The notes beneath the pieces are model-generated. The model searched no databases, was not told the DNA's origin, and saw only the letters and a program-made list of their open reading frames with translations. DNA of 64,000 nucleotides from NCBI GenBank assembly GCA_047967505.1, contig CM106538.1; one strand, given 5' to 3'. Source of the stretch: Dipteris shenzhenensis. Its lineage: Eukaryota. The position numbers and the translations under genes are program-made. Of this stretch, positions 24,601 to 38,365 are shown piece by piece (the first letter of the stretch is position 1; each line of letters opens with the position of its first letter).

Positions 24601-25001
24601 CACCAAAATCCTACCCAAAGAGTTCGCCACTAGATCCAAGGATGTACCCACCCACGTTGGCATGCAAGGCACTCCTTAAACAAGAATTTGTCAATACTAA
24701 AAGAGGCACTCCATCTTCAACCTATTAACCACGAAGAGGTGGAAAAAAAAAAAGAGGACAAGTGGCAGCTTGGAAGAGAAGAGCACCCCACATGTCACGA
24801 AGGAGCTCTTGGATGAGGGTTGAAGAGGGGAGGAGGTGGAAAGATAAGAGGTAGGGTTTGAGTGGGAAGGAGGTGGAAACACAAGAGGCAACTTTGGGAG
24901 GAAGGAGGGGATAGAAACGGCACATACAATTATTAGCATGCAGACGACATATGGTCCAAGAATATTACAAACAATAGAATCAGAGTTTCTTGCCGTTTCA
25001 C

Positions 25002-26783
25002 TCAATCAACGTGACACAAGGCGACGTCGAAAGCATGCCAATGCGCTTGGACGAGAGGGGCGCATTCCTCAGGCGACGCCCGCAGCCACGAGAACTCCTT
25101 TCCATGCAGATGCCCCTGCCTCAGCTGCCCCAGAAATCGCGAGAACAGGAGCTGCTGCGTGGTAGCGGGCAAGCGCAAGCTCTCGTAGCGAGCGAGGGCA
25201 GCAAAAAGCCCCTCCTTATCCAAACAAAAATCTGCAGTGGTCGTTGAAGACGATGAAGGCGCTGTTGTGCTGATTTTGGCAGCGAGCGCCTCATCAAAAG
25301 AAGAAGAAGAAGTCGTTGTTGTAATAATAGTAGCAGATGAAGCAGCTCCGGCACTGTCCTTGGCTATGGCGGAATCTATAGAAGCTCCACAGGCCTTGGC
25401 TGTGGCGCATGAATTAGCTCCTTCCCGCTTCTTGTTTATGGCGGCGAGACAGTTCGATAGCGTCACCGCGTCCATTATCGACATGTTCGTGCTCCTCGCT
25501 GCGTGTGGCGTCGTGGGATGCGCTGCCTCTCCCAAGAGCACCACCCTTCCCCACACCATCTTCTTCAATGGCTCCCTGTCGCAGATCGCCTGCAGAAATG
25601 GCGATGGCGTCGCCCTCAGCAAAGCTGCCATCTCTGGTGTCAGCTCCTCCTCCGCCTTGGCAATGGCTTCCTCCCCCGCCCTTGTCGTCAACGAGCTTCC
25701 CTGCTTGCAGCACAACCATATCATATCTGATCAGCAACACATGACCCCTCTCTCCTGATCGAATTATCAATCTGCGCCACGGCCGATTCCTCATCTGTAC
25801 CTTGAAGGTTGGTTCCGGCTGATTGACATACCACAGCCAGTTCAACCTTCCTCCTGGTATCTCGAACACGGCAGAGTGAGACTCCCCCGTCATCTCCACG
25901 TAGACTGTGTCCCCCAGGTTGGGATATCGCTTCCGCATCGCCATTAAGACCTCCTTGCTACCTTCCGCTGCTCTATCCACTACACCTCTCCAGGCGGAGT
26001 ACCCCGAATACCTGCATCAAGAGCAATCCGCCGTCTAGGGCGAAGGGAAAAGGCGACCAATCAAGTTTCACCATGTTCAATCCCATTTACAAACCTTCGC
26101 CTTTCCTCGGGGTCGAAGTGTGCCCGAATTCGTGAATTGCACCCATCTGCAGCAACCAGCAAATTCCCTTCGAATTCAATCGCGTCCCCTGTCTCGATCT
26201 GTCTCACCACGACTTTAACTTCCTTCCCACCCTTGATCTCCTCGAACGCTACCACTTCGTGACCCCAGCGCACGATGCCCTTGGGTAACGCATCGTATAG
26301 AAACTTCTGCAGATCACTCCAATGTAGAGCTTTGGTATTATGGAAGGGATTCACTACCAGAGTATGCAAGGACTTTGTTCTCCTTTCCACTGCCCGATTC
26401 TGCAAATGACAAAACAGTTTTTGAATCCGTTCGGTCATGAGATAGGGCACATTCCGAATTCTAGTCCATCAGCAATTTAAGGAGATTGATATCTCAAATC
26501 AAACCTCTTCCACGGCAAGGGGAATCGCATGCTGTAGAAGAGCGTCACCAAAACCCCACTCGCGCAACGCAGGGCAGCATTCTACTTCGTCCAAAACAAG
26601 CCCGGCCCCCAAGGGAGCCACAGTTCTGGCTTTCTCGAACACCACGACGCTACAGCCAGCTCGGAGGAGCCCGTGAGCGCAGCTGAGGCCTCCAATGCTG
26701 CCGCCCACGACGAGCACGCTGAGTTTGCTCGAACTGGTGTTCATGTGATGAGAGGGATTGAAGCTGCCGTTAAGCAACTCCAT
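25002..26783 (-). CDS. FAD-dependent (group A) aromatic monooxygenase, 2,6-dihydroxypyridine hydroxylase/PhzS-like; exons 26783-26505, 26399-26095, 26011-25801, 25700-25002 (497 aa)
   Basis: VVGGSIGGL (GxGxxG-type), LVAADG, RYSGYSAWRG, RLNWLWY and LLGEAAHPTTPH...NMSIMDA. Three GT-AG introns of 105, 83 and 100 bp give an uninterrupted 1494-nt frame. Confidence 0.93.
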
Positions 26784-27128
26784 CACGAACCCTTCGTCGA
26801 GCAGGAAACTGCAGCAGGAATTAGTGCCGACTAATCCTAATGCTTTCTGGCTTGTAGATCCTTGTGCAGCAGGGCAGCTATGGTAGAGAGGGAGGTGAAA
26901 GATCCAAAGAAAGGGAAAGTTGGAAGATGCGCCACACAGAAAAGTTTTGGTGACGACGATGACGATGATCTAAGTGTGGGTACACACGCCTGCCGCGTGG
27001 GGTGGTGTCCTTCACACACAGGGTGGTCAGGGTCATAAACCAGAATAAGCCACATACTATGATGTTAATGGCTAAACAAAATTTAAAACAAGGTGTCAAT
27101 GACACATAAGCCCTCCAAATGGAAGTTT

Positions 27129-30100
27129 TTAGAAATTGAGGTTGTATTTTCTTGATATTTTATACCGAAATATATGTAAGAGAGTGGTCTGACGAGTAGA
27201 GTTTGTATTTTCAATTGGAATGTTTGTCCATATTATGTGATCCAATGTAGTTCCATATATTGTTGTTGGCACTTGAATAGGCATTTTGAAATTGTATTTT
27301 TGCATAACATTATTTAGGGGTGATGTTTTAATGTTCATATCGATGTTAAAGTCACCCACTTGTTACGATCTAGTATATCTTCCAACATGCTTAAAAATGT
27401 GTTTATTATTGTGGTTGGTGGTTTGTAAATTACTACAATTAAGTAGTCTTGATTTGATTTGTTAATAAGAGCTTCTATGATTTCGATTCCATTGTTTTGG
27501 TTTTTTAGTTGTTCTTTCAAATGAGTGGTGTTGTTTAATAATACACACGTCCACATGATGAGAAGATGTGTAATGATTTGAATGTGTTGAATGCTAGTGC
27601 ATCAAATTGTTTAGTTCTAGTTTCTTGTAAGCATAGGACCTCACATTTCATAAGTTGCTCTGTGTTTTCTATGTCAAGCTTGTATTTTTGAAGTGATCTT
27701 GTGTTTAAAGATTGGATGTTTATGTTGAAATCAAATTTGGGTTTGTTCTCTTCTTTTAGTGTGTGCCATCTTTTTGTTGTATTAAGTCTTTCCATTTCTT
27801 GTTGAACACCTTTTTCCACGTGAAAGTTTTCATGTTTAGTTGGTTCTAGCAAGTAAAGGTTTTCTATTTTTTTGACCCTTGATATTGTGGTGTAAGCTAA
27901 TCCATGGCCTCTAACTTTCCAAGGGGAGAAGGCTAAACGATCCATTGTGAGACCTTGTGATCTATGTGCAGCAGCTGGTTGAATTGGAAATTGCTCTCTT
28001 ATTAGAATTCTTGTTTTTTAAGGACCTATTTGGACTTCCTTTGTAATTCGATATATTGGTGTCCAACTGGGGTCTATTTCTTTTGTGTAAGCTTCTTTGT
28101 TCTTGTTTCTTGCTTTCTTTCCTTCTTTGTTACATTCAAACTTTATTTAGACTATGTCTTTTTGATTTATTATAGTCATTCTTAGAAGACTCCATCTGCT
28201 CCATTAACAAGGCCATCATCTTGATCTAGGTTTCCTGAACATAGTTCTAAAAGCATTCCTTTCTTGATTTGTATATTTGTTCTCAGGCCATCAATTGCCT
28301 TAGGATCGTCCATTATTTTTTTGTTTTTGCAAGCGGACTCGCTAAAATTATCGATTGCTGTTAGGGTGTATATTGTGCCTTGTCCAATTTGGAGTATTGA
28401 TTCATTGTATGCATTAATTTGTAGGTTTGTATAGAACAAGTGTGGGAATGTGTGGTCTTGTGGTGGTTGTTGAAAACATTTTTCATTTATATAGTCTATT
28501 TGATGTTGAGTGTGTGTGCACATTCTAAAAGAATTTAAAGTATTTATGAAATTGTTGTCATTTTGCCTCATTGTTTTTTTCAATTCATAGCGTTGTATTT
28601 TGGTTGTCCAGTATGTGTTACCTAAGCTCTCTAGGGTATCGACACCCATGCATCTTTCATAGGTTTGGCTTGGTAAAAATCTCCACATGTAATGATGTCC
28701 ACATCTCCAAATAGTCCTCATAATTGTGGTTTAATGCTCTCATTCGTAGATTTGCAAAATTCATTATGCGTCTTCCTACGAGAGAAATTTTATCAAATAT
28801 GAGAAGTTGAACTTGTTTGTAAAGGTTTGATAATATGTCTAGTTTTTCTCAAGAGAGAGATGTTAATTCTTTGCTATAGAGTGGAAGGTGTAATGCTCTG
28901 TGTATTATTATACCATTGATGTGTTGTGCCGCCTTGCCGGTGTATGCAAGTAAAAGTGTTTTGGGTAAATTGATGTCATTTGCTATAATGATTTCATTCT
29001 AGTGCAGCCTTGAACGATCAATAGTAGAAGATATATTTTTCTTATACCTGCACCACCTATAAGAAAGAAGTTTATTTTTTCTTGAGGTTGAACCCATTTT
29101 CATAGAAGGATGTCATCAAATATATCTCTTTGGTCTTTGTTACCTAAGCTCTCCAAAGTATGGTTGCGATCCTTGAAAACCCACGCATCTTTCATAGGTT
29201 TGGCTTGGTAAAAATATCCACATGTAATGATGTCCATATCTCCAAAATAGTCCTCATAATTGTGCTTTACTGCTCTCACTCGAAGATCTGCAAAATTCAT
29301 TGTGCATCTTCCTATGAGAGAAATTTCATCAAATACGAGAAGTTGAACTTGTTTGTAAAGGTTTGATAATATGTCTAGTTTTTCTCAAGAGAGATGCTAA
29401 TTCTTTGAGCTATGGACTGGAAAGTGTAATGTTGAGTGTATTGTTATACCATTGATGTGTTGTGTCGCCTTGCCAATGTATGCAAGTAAAAGTGCTTTGG
29501 GTAAATTGATGTCATTTGATATAATGATTTCATTGTAGTGCTTAAGCATGCCTTGAACAATCAATAGTAGAAGATATGTTTTTTTGGTACCTGCACCACC
29601 TGTAAGTGGTGGCATATCTAAGCCAATATCATAAGTGTTGTTTTTATGTCTTTGCATGTGGGCATTTGAATTCATCTGTTGATTCAATGAAATCTCATGA
29701 TTTACTTGAATTTATCATTTCTCCTTCAATTATCCAATCCTCTTTCTATGCACAAAGCTTATAACTCATCCATGCAAGAAACTTGACTTTTCCTTAGAGG
29801 GATATATTCTATCATCTCAACTTTGTTTTTTCTTCATAAGGACCTATTCAATCTTGTCAAAGTTCCATCTTGTCAAAATGGTGACCAAATTTTCTTCATT
29901 TTGTAGAGCAAATATTTTTCAATGCAATTTTCAAGCATGTGTTTTGAATCGGTTTGGTTTGGATTTTAGAGTTTTGAATTGGTGGTATATCGCCTACTAC
30001 CTCATTGCTTGCATATTTTTCTAAGTTGCCAGCCCTTCTTAGATCCTCAATGGTAATTCCCTCTTCTAGGATATTGTTGTATTTGAAGTTAAAGTTGTTG

Positions 30101-31357
30101 CAATTTATTTTTATAATGACTCCGTTTGCTTTATATGCATCTTGCCATGAACCGAATGTTTTGAGCGACGGGCTGAGCTCATCTTTTTCAAAGGACAATA
30201 AAGAAGTACATGCTCTCTATAATAGCTAATTGGATCTTTTACCTTGTTGAATTTGACTTACCTTATGATTTTAGGGTTTTTTCTCTTGTTATAACCAGAT
30301 GTTGAGTGGTTGTATTCAGAAGCAAAGGATGCTAGGCAAATATTTTCCATGCCTTCACAGTTGGTGTATTTTTCTATGATTGACAAACAAGCTATGCTTT
30401 TTGAGTTATCATCCAACTTTTCAAGCTGATGCTTTCTTTTCAATATTAAAGCTCTATTGTTGGGCTCATTTGTCTTGATAAATTGGAATTCACTTGAAGA
30501 TTTGTATAATGGTAAGGACAAGGAAATGAAAGAAGCCAGTTGTGTGCTCATTTGTTGAGCATGTAAGAAAGCATTTTCTAATTTTCTCATTCAACTTTGT
30601 GTGTCCATGCCATCTTGCAAACATTCCTTCATTGTATCTTGCAAGATTTTTGTTATTGTATTGTCCATTTTTGTGATGTAAGATGTGCAATAGGACGCTG
30701 CACCATAGGGATCCATGATATATCGTATATCGATATTTAACTACCACAAATATGAGATTTTCCTATTGAAAGAATTTGTAAAGATATTTTTTGGATGTCT
30801 TTTCTAAAACAATGTTGGCTTTTTCAACTGAGATCTAATTGATAATATGTCTGTGTCTATCCATGCCTTTTTCTTGTATCGATTCTTTTGTTGATGTTGT
30901 GATGGTTGAGTGCATGATGTTCAAACTATTTTGCACCTTGCAATAATTGTCTTTCTGTGTTGTTATATTATGGCTTTCCAAGGGTAAATAACATAGTTTT
31001 GTGCAAGGGTGGTTTTGGGGTAGTTGAAATAGAATTTTGAGTTGTTTTTTTTCGAGCATGTGGATGTGTGATGTGTTTGAATATCTCTCATGTTGTTGAG
31101 AAGGTCTTTATCACAAGATATGTGAGTCTTGTCTATGAAGATGCAAACATTATCGTCATTACTTTTTTTTTATATTGGAGCATTATCAACCCAAATTAAG
31201 CCATGCTCATGTTGGCTTTCCCTGCTTTGAAACTCAATTACAAAGAAGTAATCTTTAATATTTCCTATTATTCCTTTGTCTTTTTGGATTGTGTTGATCA
31301 TTTGATGAAGCTTGTGATTGTAATACCTTGCACAAATTGTCGGGCTCTCTCTAATTA
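27129..31357 (-). mobile_element. Decayed Helitron-like element with Rep, Pif1 helicase and AP endonuclease (Helentron/HLE2 type), 5'-truncated
   Basis: Rep FVIEFQSRESQHEHGLIW; helicase LTGGAGT, DEIS-like, LVNGADG, RSQGLT, LAYTTISRV; endonuclease SLNTRSL, CLQET, IYKPP, GDFNID, TTLDHI and frameshifted YSSDH. Confidence 0.88.
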
Positions 31358-31873
31358 CACTACAAGGCATAGGCCCTTTTTCAACGAGAATACCAACCTT
31401 TTTTACACTTTTTTTTTAAAATGGGTGCAAAGGTCATTATTTACGTGGTGTTAAGCATCGAAAAATAATGGTCACTATATAAGCGTCGCTATATAGTAAC
31501 ACTAATAAACGTCGCTATATAGTGACACTGGTAAACGTCGCTATATAGCGACATTGGTAAAGGTTGCTATATAGCGACGATTAACAGAAACTTAAAAAAA
31601 TATTAGTGGGGCTAAACAGGGCCACAACAAGTCCTATTTTGCCCCACTAATGTTTTTTATTTAGTAATTACAAAAGAATGTTTTTTATTGCAAAATTTTC
31701 CTTGTGGAAAGGGTGATACAAAATCGCTCAAATGAACCGAGCGACATAAGCATATACATGTCAAAGATATACAACATTGTTTGTTGCAAAATTACCCTTT
31801 CAAAAAGGGTGATACAAAATCGCTCAAACGAGCCGATATACAAAAGCATATACATGGCGAAGTATATGCAAAC

Positions 31874-31904
<31 letters not shown>

Positions 31905-32320
31905 GCTCATCCGAATCATCATCATCATCCTCGTCCTCATCTTGCTGGCCTGATCCTTGGCCCTCGTGAGCTGTGCCTGATCCCTAGCCCTCGTGAGCTA
32001 TGCCTAGTCCCTGGCCCTCGTCAAAGCTGTGTAAGCCTAATCCCTCATCATCACTGCTCACCTTTGCTGATGGGACGCTCGAGCTTTGATTCTAAGAGTA
32101 AAACCATATTAATTGGAAATTAGATTGGAACTTAAAGAATAAAATAGTTTAAAAAGTGAGATTATAAGTAGGAGTAGACTTACACCGTACGAGAAGCCAC
32201 CTCAGCCCAATCGACCGTCACTCCCAGTGCCTCCTGCTCAATAAACCATGGCTTTGTTCCTACACTAAACGCACGTCTCGTCATCTCTATGTCTGTAGGA
32301 AGGCGACCCATTGCAGCTTG
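31358..32320. mobile_element. CACTA/EnSpm terminus with subterminal repeats and exon remnants
   Basis: CACTACAAG at 31358, exactly where the Helitron Rep stops; four 26-bp-period AACGTCGCTATATAG repeats at about 31480-31580. Confidence 0.75.
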
Positions 32321-34969
32321 CTATGGGCCCAATTTACGAGAGTTAGATAATATTGGGCCCTCACTCATGGCCTCCTTAAGTTGCTGAAAAGACTCCTGTT
32401 GCTCCATGCCCCATTGGAAAGGAACTCCTTTTCTTGTCAACAAGTTCATGGGATGCACTATCTCTATGAAATCATCACAAAAGCATTGATAATACTTGCT
32501 TTTTCCTAGAATTTTGTGAACACCAATGACACTCTTAGGACTTGGCAATGCCATGATTGCTTGAACCTTGTCAGGATCCATTTGCAAGCCTTCTTCAGAC
32601 ACAATATGCCCCAACAAGAGTACTTTTGTTTGAGCCAAATGACACTTGCTAGGATTTAGACACCCTTTTGCTTCATCAATCCTAGCTAAGGCCATCTCTA
32701 ACTTCTCCATGTGATCTATGCATTGAGAATAAATGCAAAAATCATCCAAAAACTCCCTTATGAACTTTCCCAAGTAAGGCTCAAGGACTTGACTCATGAA
32801 CCTTTGAAATGTAGCCGGTGCATTGGTTAACCCAAAAGGAATGACTCTATAAGCAAGAACTCCCCAAGGTGGCATACCTTCTTATCATTTTCCAGCAAAA
32901 TCAATTCTCCAGTATCCCACTTTTGAACAGCCTTCACCTTGCATAGCCAAGGCCTTCCCAAAATCAATGGATAGGCACGTGCATCTGGCTTGGTAGGGAT
33001 CACCTGAAAAGTAGTCGGCATAGAAATTCCACATACATCCACTTCTAGATTCTTCACAACTCCCAAGGTCTTTACCCTAGTGTTGTCAGCCAATTCAAAT
33101 GCAATAAGGAGAGGTAGTACTAGAGTATTATAAATCAGCATCTATCATGGTCTTCTCACTCATGACATTAATCGATGCACCTCCATCAATGTACACATTA
33201 GAAATCACTTGACCATCAATGATCACATGAACCATAGGTACATCATCGCCAACATCTATATCTACCTTTTGAACAACAAGAATGGCACTTTTCTTCTTTT
33301 TCTTCTTTGACACTCTTGTGCTTGCTAGTTTTCCCCATTACTTCCATAGTTTTGGAGACAAAGCAAGTAATTGACCAAAGGTGATATGAGCTTTCTTTTC
33401 TTTAAGGTTGGACAACAAGTCAAAGCTTCCAATTCCTTGTGCTAAAGAAAAGTTTGATTGGCTAATTCTCCTTCTAGATGCTTCTTTTTCTTACTACAAA
33501 GTTCCTCTTCCTGATGTTCCTCATCTACTTCTTCCTTGCTTTCTTCTTCTTCTTTTGCTTTACCATGCACCGTTTAGCCATCATTACATCTCTTTCCTCA
33601 TCCCCTGAAGAAGCATTTAACAAGGATACTTGTTTTTCTTCTTTCTTTCTCACAATCTAGGACAAGGAAGTAGCAAGCTAAGGGTGTCCACTTTTTGTTC
33701 ACTCCCCAATCCTTAGAAGGTGGAAAAACAAGCTTTTTAGCACACAAAAATGCAAATCTCACCTACTTTCCTATGGATCTAGTCTTTGAAGTCTTCAGAC
33801 ACAACATCACACATGCTATTGTGCACACAATCGTATAGTCTGACCAAAAATTTGATGCACACACAAAAAATTTCTTTGTGTCACACGGCATGGTTCCAGG
33901 GTGGTCACACCTTTGTCACGAATAGAGAGTGTCATATTAAATTCTAAATTTCTCACTCATTTTAGATTAAATATTATTGAAACTTTGTAGGTGGTCTCTT
34001 TACATTATGTAGACCTTAACTTGATTTATTGGTAATTTTTTGAATGATTTATCTAATTATAAATAATTATTTATTATAAATAAACTCATGAAATACATGC
34101 ATTTTAGTAGCACACCACATTTTTCTTGTATTTTGAATAATTAAGCAAATCCAATTCGGTGGAAGGTTAGTAGGCACATAAGGGTGTGTGGTTGAATCAT
34201 CAAATCCCAAATCCAACAGTTAGATTTAGGAAGATTGAAGTTTAATTTTTACTTTTACTCCTTAGAGGATCAACAAAGAATATTAAAAATAAATCTAGTA
34301 ATTCTCAAACATGGCCAAACATTTCAAAAATGTCAATATTTTTAGTCCTCCACATAATGAATAAGAGGAAAAAATTTTGGTTAAATTTGAGTAAGGGAAA
34401 CGTACGATATGGCCTCCAAGAGTGAAATCTCCCTTTTGTGGGGGAAAAAGGGCCACCCAAGCCTAATACCAAGACAAGGTAGGCTTGGTATTAGGCTTGG
34501 TGAGGTAGGCTAGGAGCATCACCGACCCTAGTGGCAAGCCTTTGGAGTGTGCATGCTACCCATGCGGAAGGCTGAGTCATCTATTTTTACCTTGCAACCA
34601 TGCCATGTTGTTAGACCGCATGGTGCCATGTCATCAAGGAGATGTGACATCACTCCTTGCCATGTCACCTTACATTGCCACACATGTTGCCACATCAGCC
34701 ACATGTGCCACCTCATCATTCCACATCATAGGAACTCTTGGAGCCATGTCATCACACCTTGCCACCTTGGCATACCTCGTCAACCTTGCCACATTACCAA
34801 TCCCTCCACCTCAATTTGCCATGTCAATCTACCACCTCATGAATGCCAACTCATCATGCCACATCACATTTCCACGTCATGGAAGAGACTCATATATTCC
34901 ACACCATATTGCCACATCATGACCATGCATGGTGCCACATCAGCCACATGTATACACATCACGATGTGC

Positions 34970-35205
34970 GCGAGGCATAGAATACCTCGATCGAGGTTTA
35001 TGACCGCGATGTGCGAGGCATAGAATACCTCGATTGAGGTTTATGACCTGCGTGAGGCATAAAATACCTCGATCAAGGTATATGACCATGGGGCATAGAG
35101 TATCTCGATCGAGGTTTATGACCTGCGGCATTGAATACCTCAATCGAGGTATATGACCTAGGCATAGCATACCTCGATCGAGGTTTATGACCATGATCGA
35201 GGTAT
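34970..35205. repeat. Cluster of palindromic ACCTCGATCGAGGT repeats (left)
   Basis: About 6-7 copies at 35-42 bp spacing. Confidence 0.92.
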
Positions 35206-35449
35206 TTGGAGGTACAAACTGGAATAAAATCAAACGATGCAAATATTTAAAATTAACGTTGGATTCTAGCCAATTAGTTTCAATCTTAGCACCCTCTCCA
35301 CCAATAATAATCAAGAGCAATCTAAGAGCAATCTAGTGGATGAGTTGAGGCTCTCTATAAGACACCACGTTTTGGTTCATTTCACCCATTCTTAGCCATT
35401 CTTGCCTCCTCATCACTTTGTCATACCTTCCATCCTACTTTCATTGAGA

Positions 35450-38365
35450 ATGGGTTCTCAAAGCTGTAGAGCTAGTAGACGTGAAAGATGTAGGAACCCC
35501 CCCCAAATCTCATTGATGAGGAGCGCAAGCGGAAGGCTTGTGAGCGCAAGAGAGCCTCTAGAGCTAGAGCTCGCGCTGCTACCACCGATCCACCTCCACC
35601 TCTACATCCCACCTCCACCTCCACCTCCACCCCCACCTCCATTGTCCCCCCATCCTCATCCGCTCCCCTACCTCCAGCCTCCGCCCTTCCCCTAGCCACC
35701 TACATTTTGGCCTCCACCTCTACCTCTTCCCCCTCCACCCTCCCCCGTCCCCCTCCCCCTCCCCCTCCCCCCCTTCCCCTTGGCGCCTCCCTTCCCCCCT
35801 CCACCCTACCATCTCCCATTGATCCCCTTGCCCCACCTTGCAATAGTGGTGTTGCTTCATGACGTGACTTGCCGAAGTCCACTATCTGTCGTCGTACTAG
35901 CAAGATTGTGCAGTCTTTTTTTAGTGACCTCATGCCAGCTTTGCAGTCTGCTCTTCTCACATCCTTGATTGATCACCCTGACTTGGTAGAGTGTAGGAGG
36001 CTTGCTGGTCTTGGTGCACGTAGAGATAGGGTTGTATGTAGCGAGGTCCTTAGCAGTGTTCGACGTTCCTATGCTGCTATTAAGCATAAGAACTCTAGTG
36101 ATGCCTTGGCATCACGTCATGCTATTGTGGCTGCCATTAGTAGACCTCATATGATAGGCCATGTGTGTACCACTTCACGTCTTCAGATTGCACCGTGCAC
36201 ATTGCGAGTAGGCATGATTAGGAGGCAGAGTCTAGAGGATAGTGAGACTGATGCTCTTTGGGCTTCAAGTGGTCGTGCACCTCGCAGCGATCAATTGTTG
36301 GATGATTCCACTAAGTCCTTCATACAATGGTTTTGGGAGGAGCATTGTAGAGCATCCCCGGTGTTCAAGAAGGCATTGTGGAAGAGGGTGTCATGCAGTG
36401 TGTACATTGAGCATGGTGCATGTTTTTTGGAGTGTACCCAAATTGAGTTGTACACTCAGTTTGTAGAGGCGCACCCGGAGTTCAAGATTGGGAAGAGGTC
36501 ATTTGAGCGATGCAGGCCATGGTTTGTGCGATGCTCTCACAAGCATGACACATGTTGTCACTACCATGTGGATTTTGGATTGATGTATGACATATTCCGT
36601 TCCCTTGATGGTCATAGGGGAGTGGTTCCTACTAGCCCTCGCGACTTCATTCATTTTATATTGTGTACACGAGATGGTGATGCTTTATTCCACTCCCTTG
36701 ATTGCATGGAAGGTAGGTGTACTTTGTGTGGTGACTTTGCTAGAGTGCCACGAGTTGCACTAGATACTTGTGATGTGCAGATGGTTCGTTGGCAGCAGTA
36801 TGAGTATAGTACCTTGACATTAGATGGTGGTGCACAGTCGAGGAGGTTGCAGCTTATGGGGAAGGAGACATCACGTGTTGTATTCATTGACAGTTTTTGA
36901 GGGAAGCTGTACTTCTACATACATCACTCGCACACTGCGAAGTGGGAGGATCGTCAATTTCGTGCATGTTTGAGGACATTTCCTATAGGGGTGGTTGTCT
37001 CAGTGGTGGACTTTACGGAGAATTATACCTTTGCACCATAGCATGAGATCCAATCGGAGTATTATTTCTCCGAACAGGTGACGTGTGCCTGAGTTATTAG
37101 TTTTTTATGGCCTCATTATATTGAATTATTTCAATAGTCATATTTTTTTTCAATGCCATATTGCAGGTTGCTATATTTGTGCACATTAGCTATCGTCATG
37201 CATAGGCTTATGTGGATGGCATTGATAGTAGCATGGACTCACGCGTCTTTGTGCGAGAGTATCAATTCTACATTAGTGATGATCGATCGCATGATGCCCA
37301 TTTTGTGCAGCATTGCTTCACTTTGCATGATAGTTTCTTGAGGGATCATGGTGTCACATGGCAGCGGTGCTAGATTTGTCAAACGGCTGTGGTGGTCAGT
37401 TCAAATATGCTAGACAGTTTTATTGGTTCTGCAGATGGCACCATGAGACAGGCATTCCAATCACATGGAGCTACTTCGAGACAGGACACGGTAAGGGAGA
37501 GCACGATGGTGTAGGTGCTTGTGTGAAGTGTGCTTTGCATCGATACCAGTTGCGTCACAGTGCCGATCGCTTCAAGGATGCACATGATGTGGTGCGGTGG
37601 TGTAGCCAACACTTATCCACTAGTGCTATCTCCTCGTTTCAGTCGTGTGACGATAGGGTGGTGAGCCGGTATTTTTGGTGCGTGGACATTGGGAGTCTTG
37701 ATCGGTCTAGGCCTTTTGATTTTCATTCAGTGTCTGGCACTCTTGATTTCCATTCCATCAGGAGCATAGGTGGGTCTCACCCCGTGATCTTTTCTCGACG
37801 GTTTGCATGTTTTTGCTCTGCATGCATTGATGATGATTAGGGAGGGTGCTCCATGATACCATGGGCCAATCCATGGGCATGACGAGTGCTTTCTCCCTTC
37901 CAGCCTTGGGAGGAGGTACATGATGATCAAGATGCGGGATTCAGTTCCTCTAGAGATTATGACCAACTTACAGATATGTTGCGTATTGGTGATATCTTCG
38001 CGGTTATTGCTTCGGAGGGCAATGAGGAGGGTGTGGATTATTACTTGTTGCGATGCTCTATGGTGAAGAGTGTGCTGAATGAGGATACAGTGGATGGGCA
38101 TGGGATGCACTTCAATGCTCATAGCATGATCATAGGTGGTCACTATTTTCAGCAGATACAGAGGCGTGGTCATTATATTGAGTTCCAGGAGTGCATGGTG
38201 GATCAAGAGGCATACATGTATTCTCATCTTGTTGTTGCGATCAAGATTACTTTGAGTTGTGTTCGCACTCACAAGGCGACGTCCACTCCACGATGGTGCC
38301 TTGCAGTGGTGGATCACGAGAGCATACTTGTAACTATTGGCATGAGATCTGATCTTGAGGAGTAG
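35450..38365 (+). pseudogene. Sola2-type DDD transposase with an 89-bp intron (37078-37166); stops and frameshifts
   Basis: VVDFTENY..EIQS, ISDDRSHD, SNGCGGQFK, WSYFETGHGKGEHDGVG, CFCSAC; Pro-rich N-terminus. Confidence 0.88.

Noticed and set aside
25237-25758. 173-aa plus-strand ORF and other overlapping ORFs
   Set aside because: Antisense or alternate-frame shadows of the GC-rich monooxygenase exons.
34528-35023. His/Cys-rich ORFs inside the Sola2 element
   Set aside because: They arise from GCCACAT/CATGTCA low-complexity repeats.
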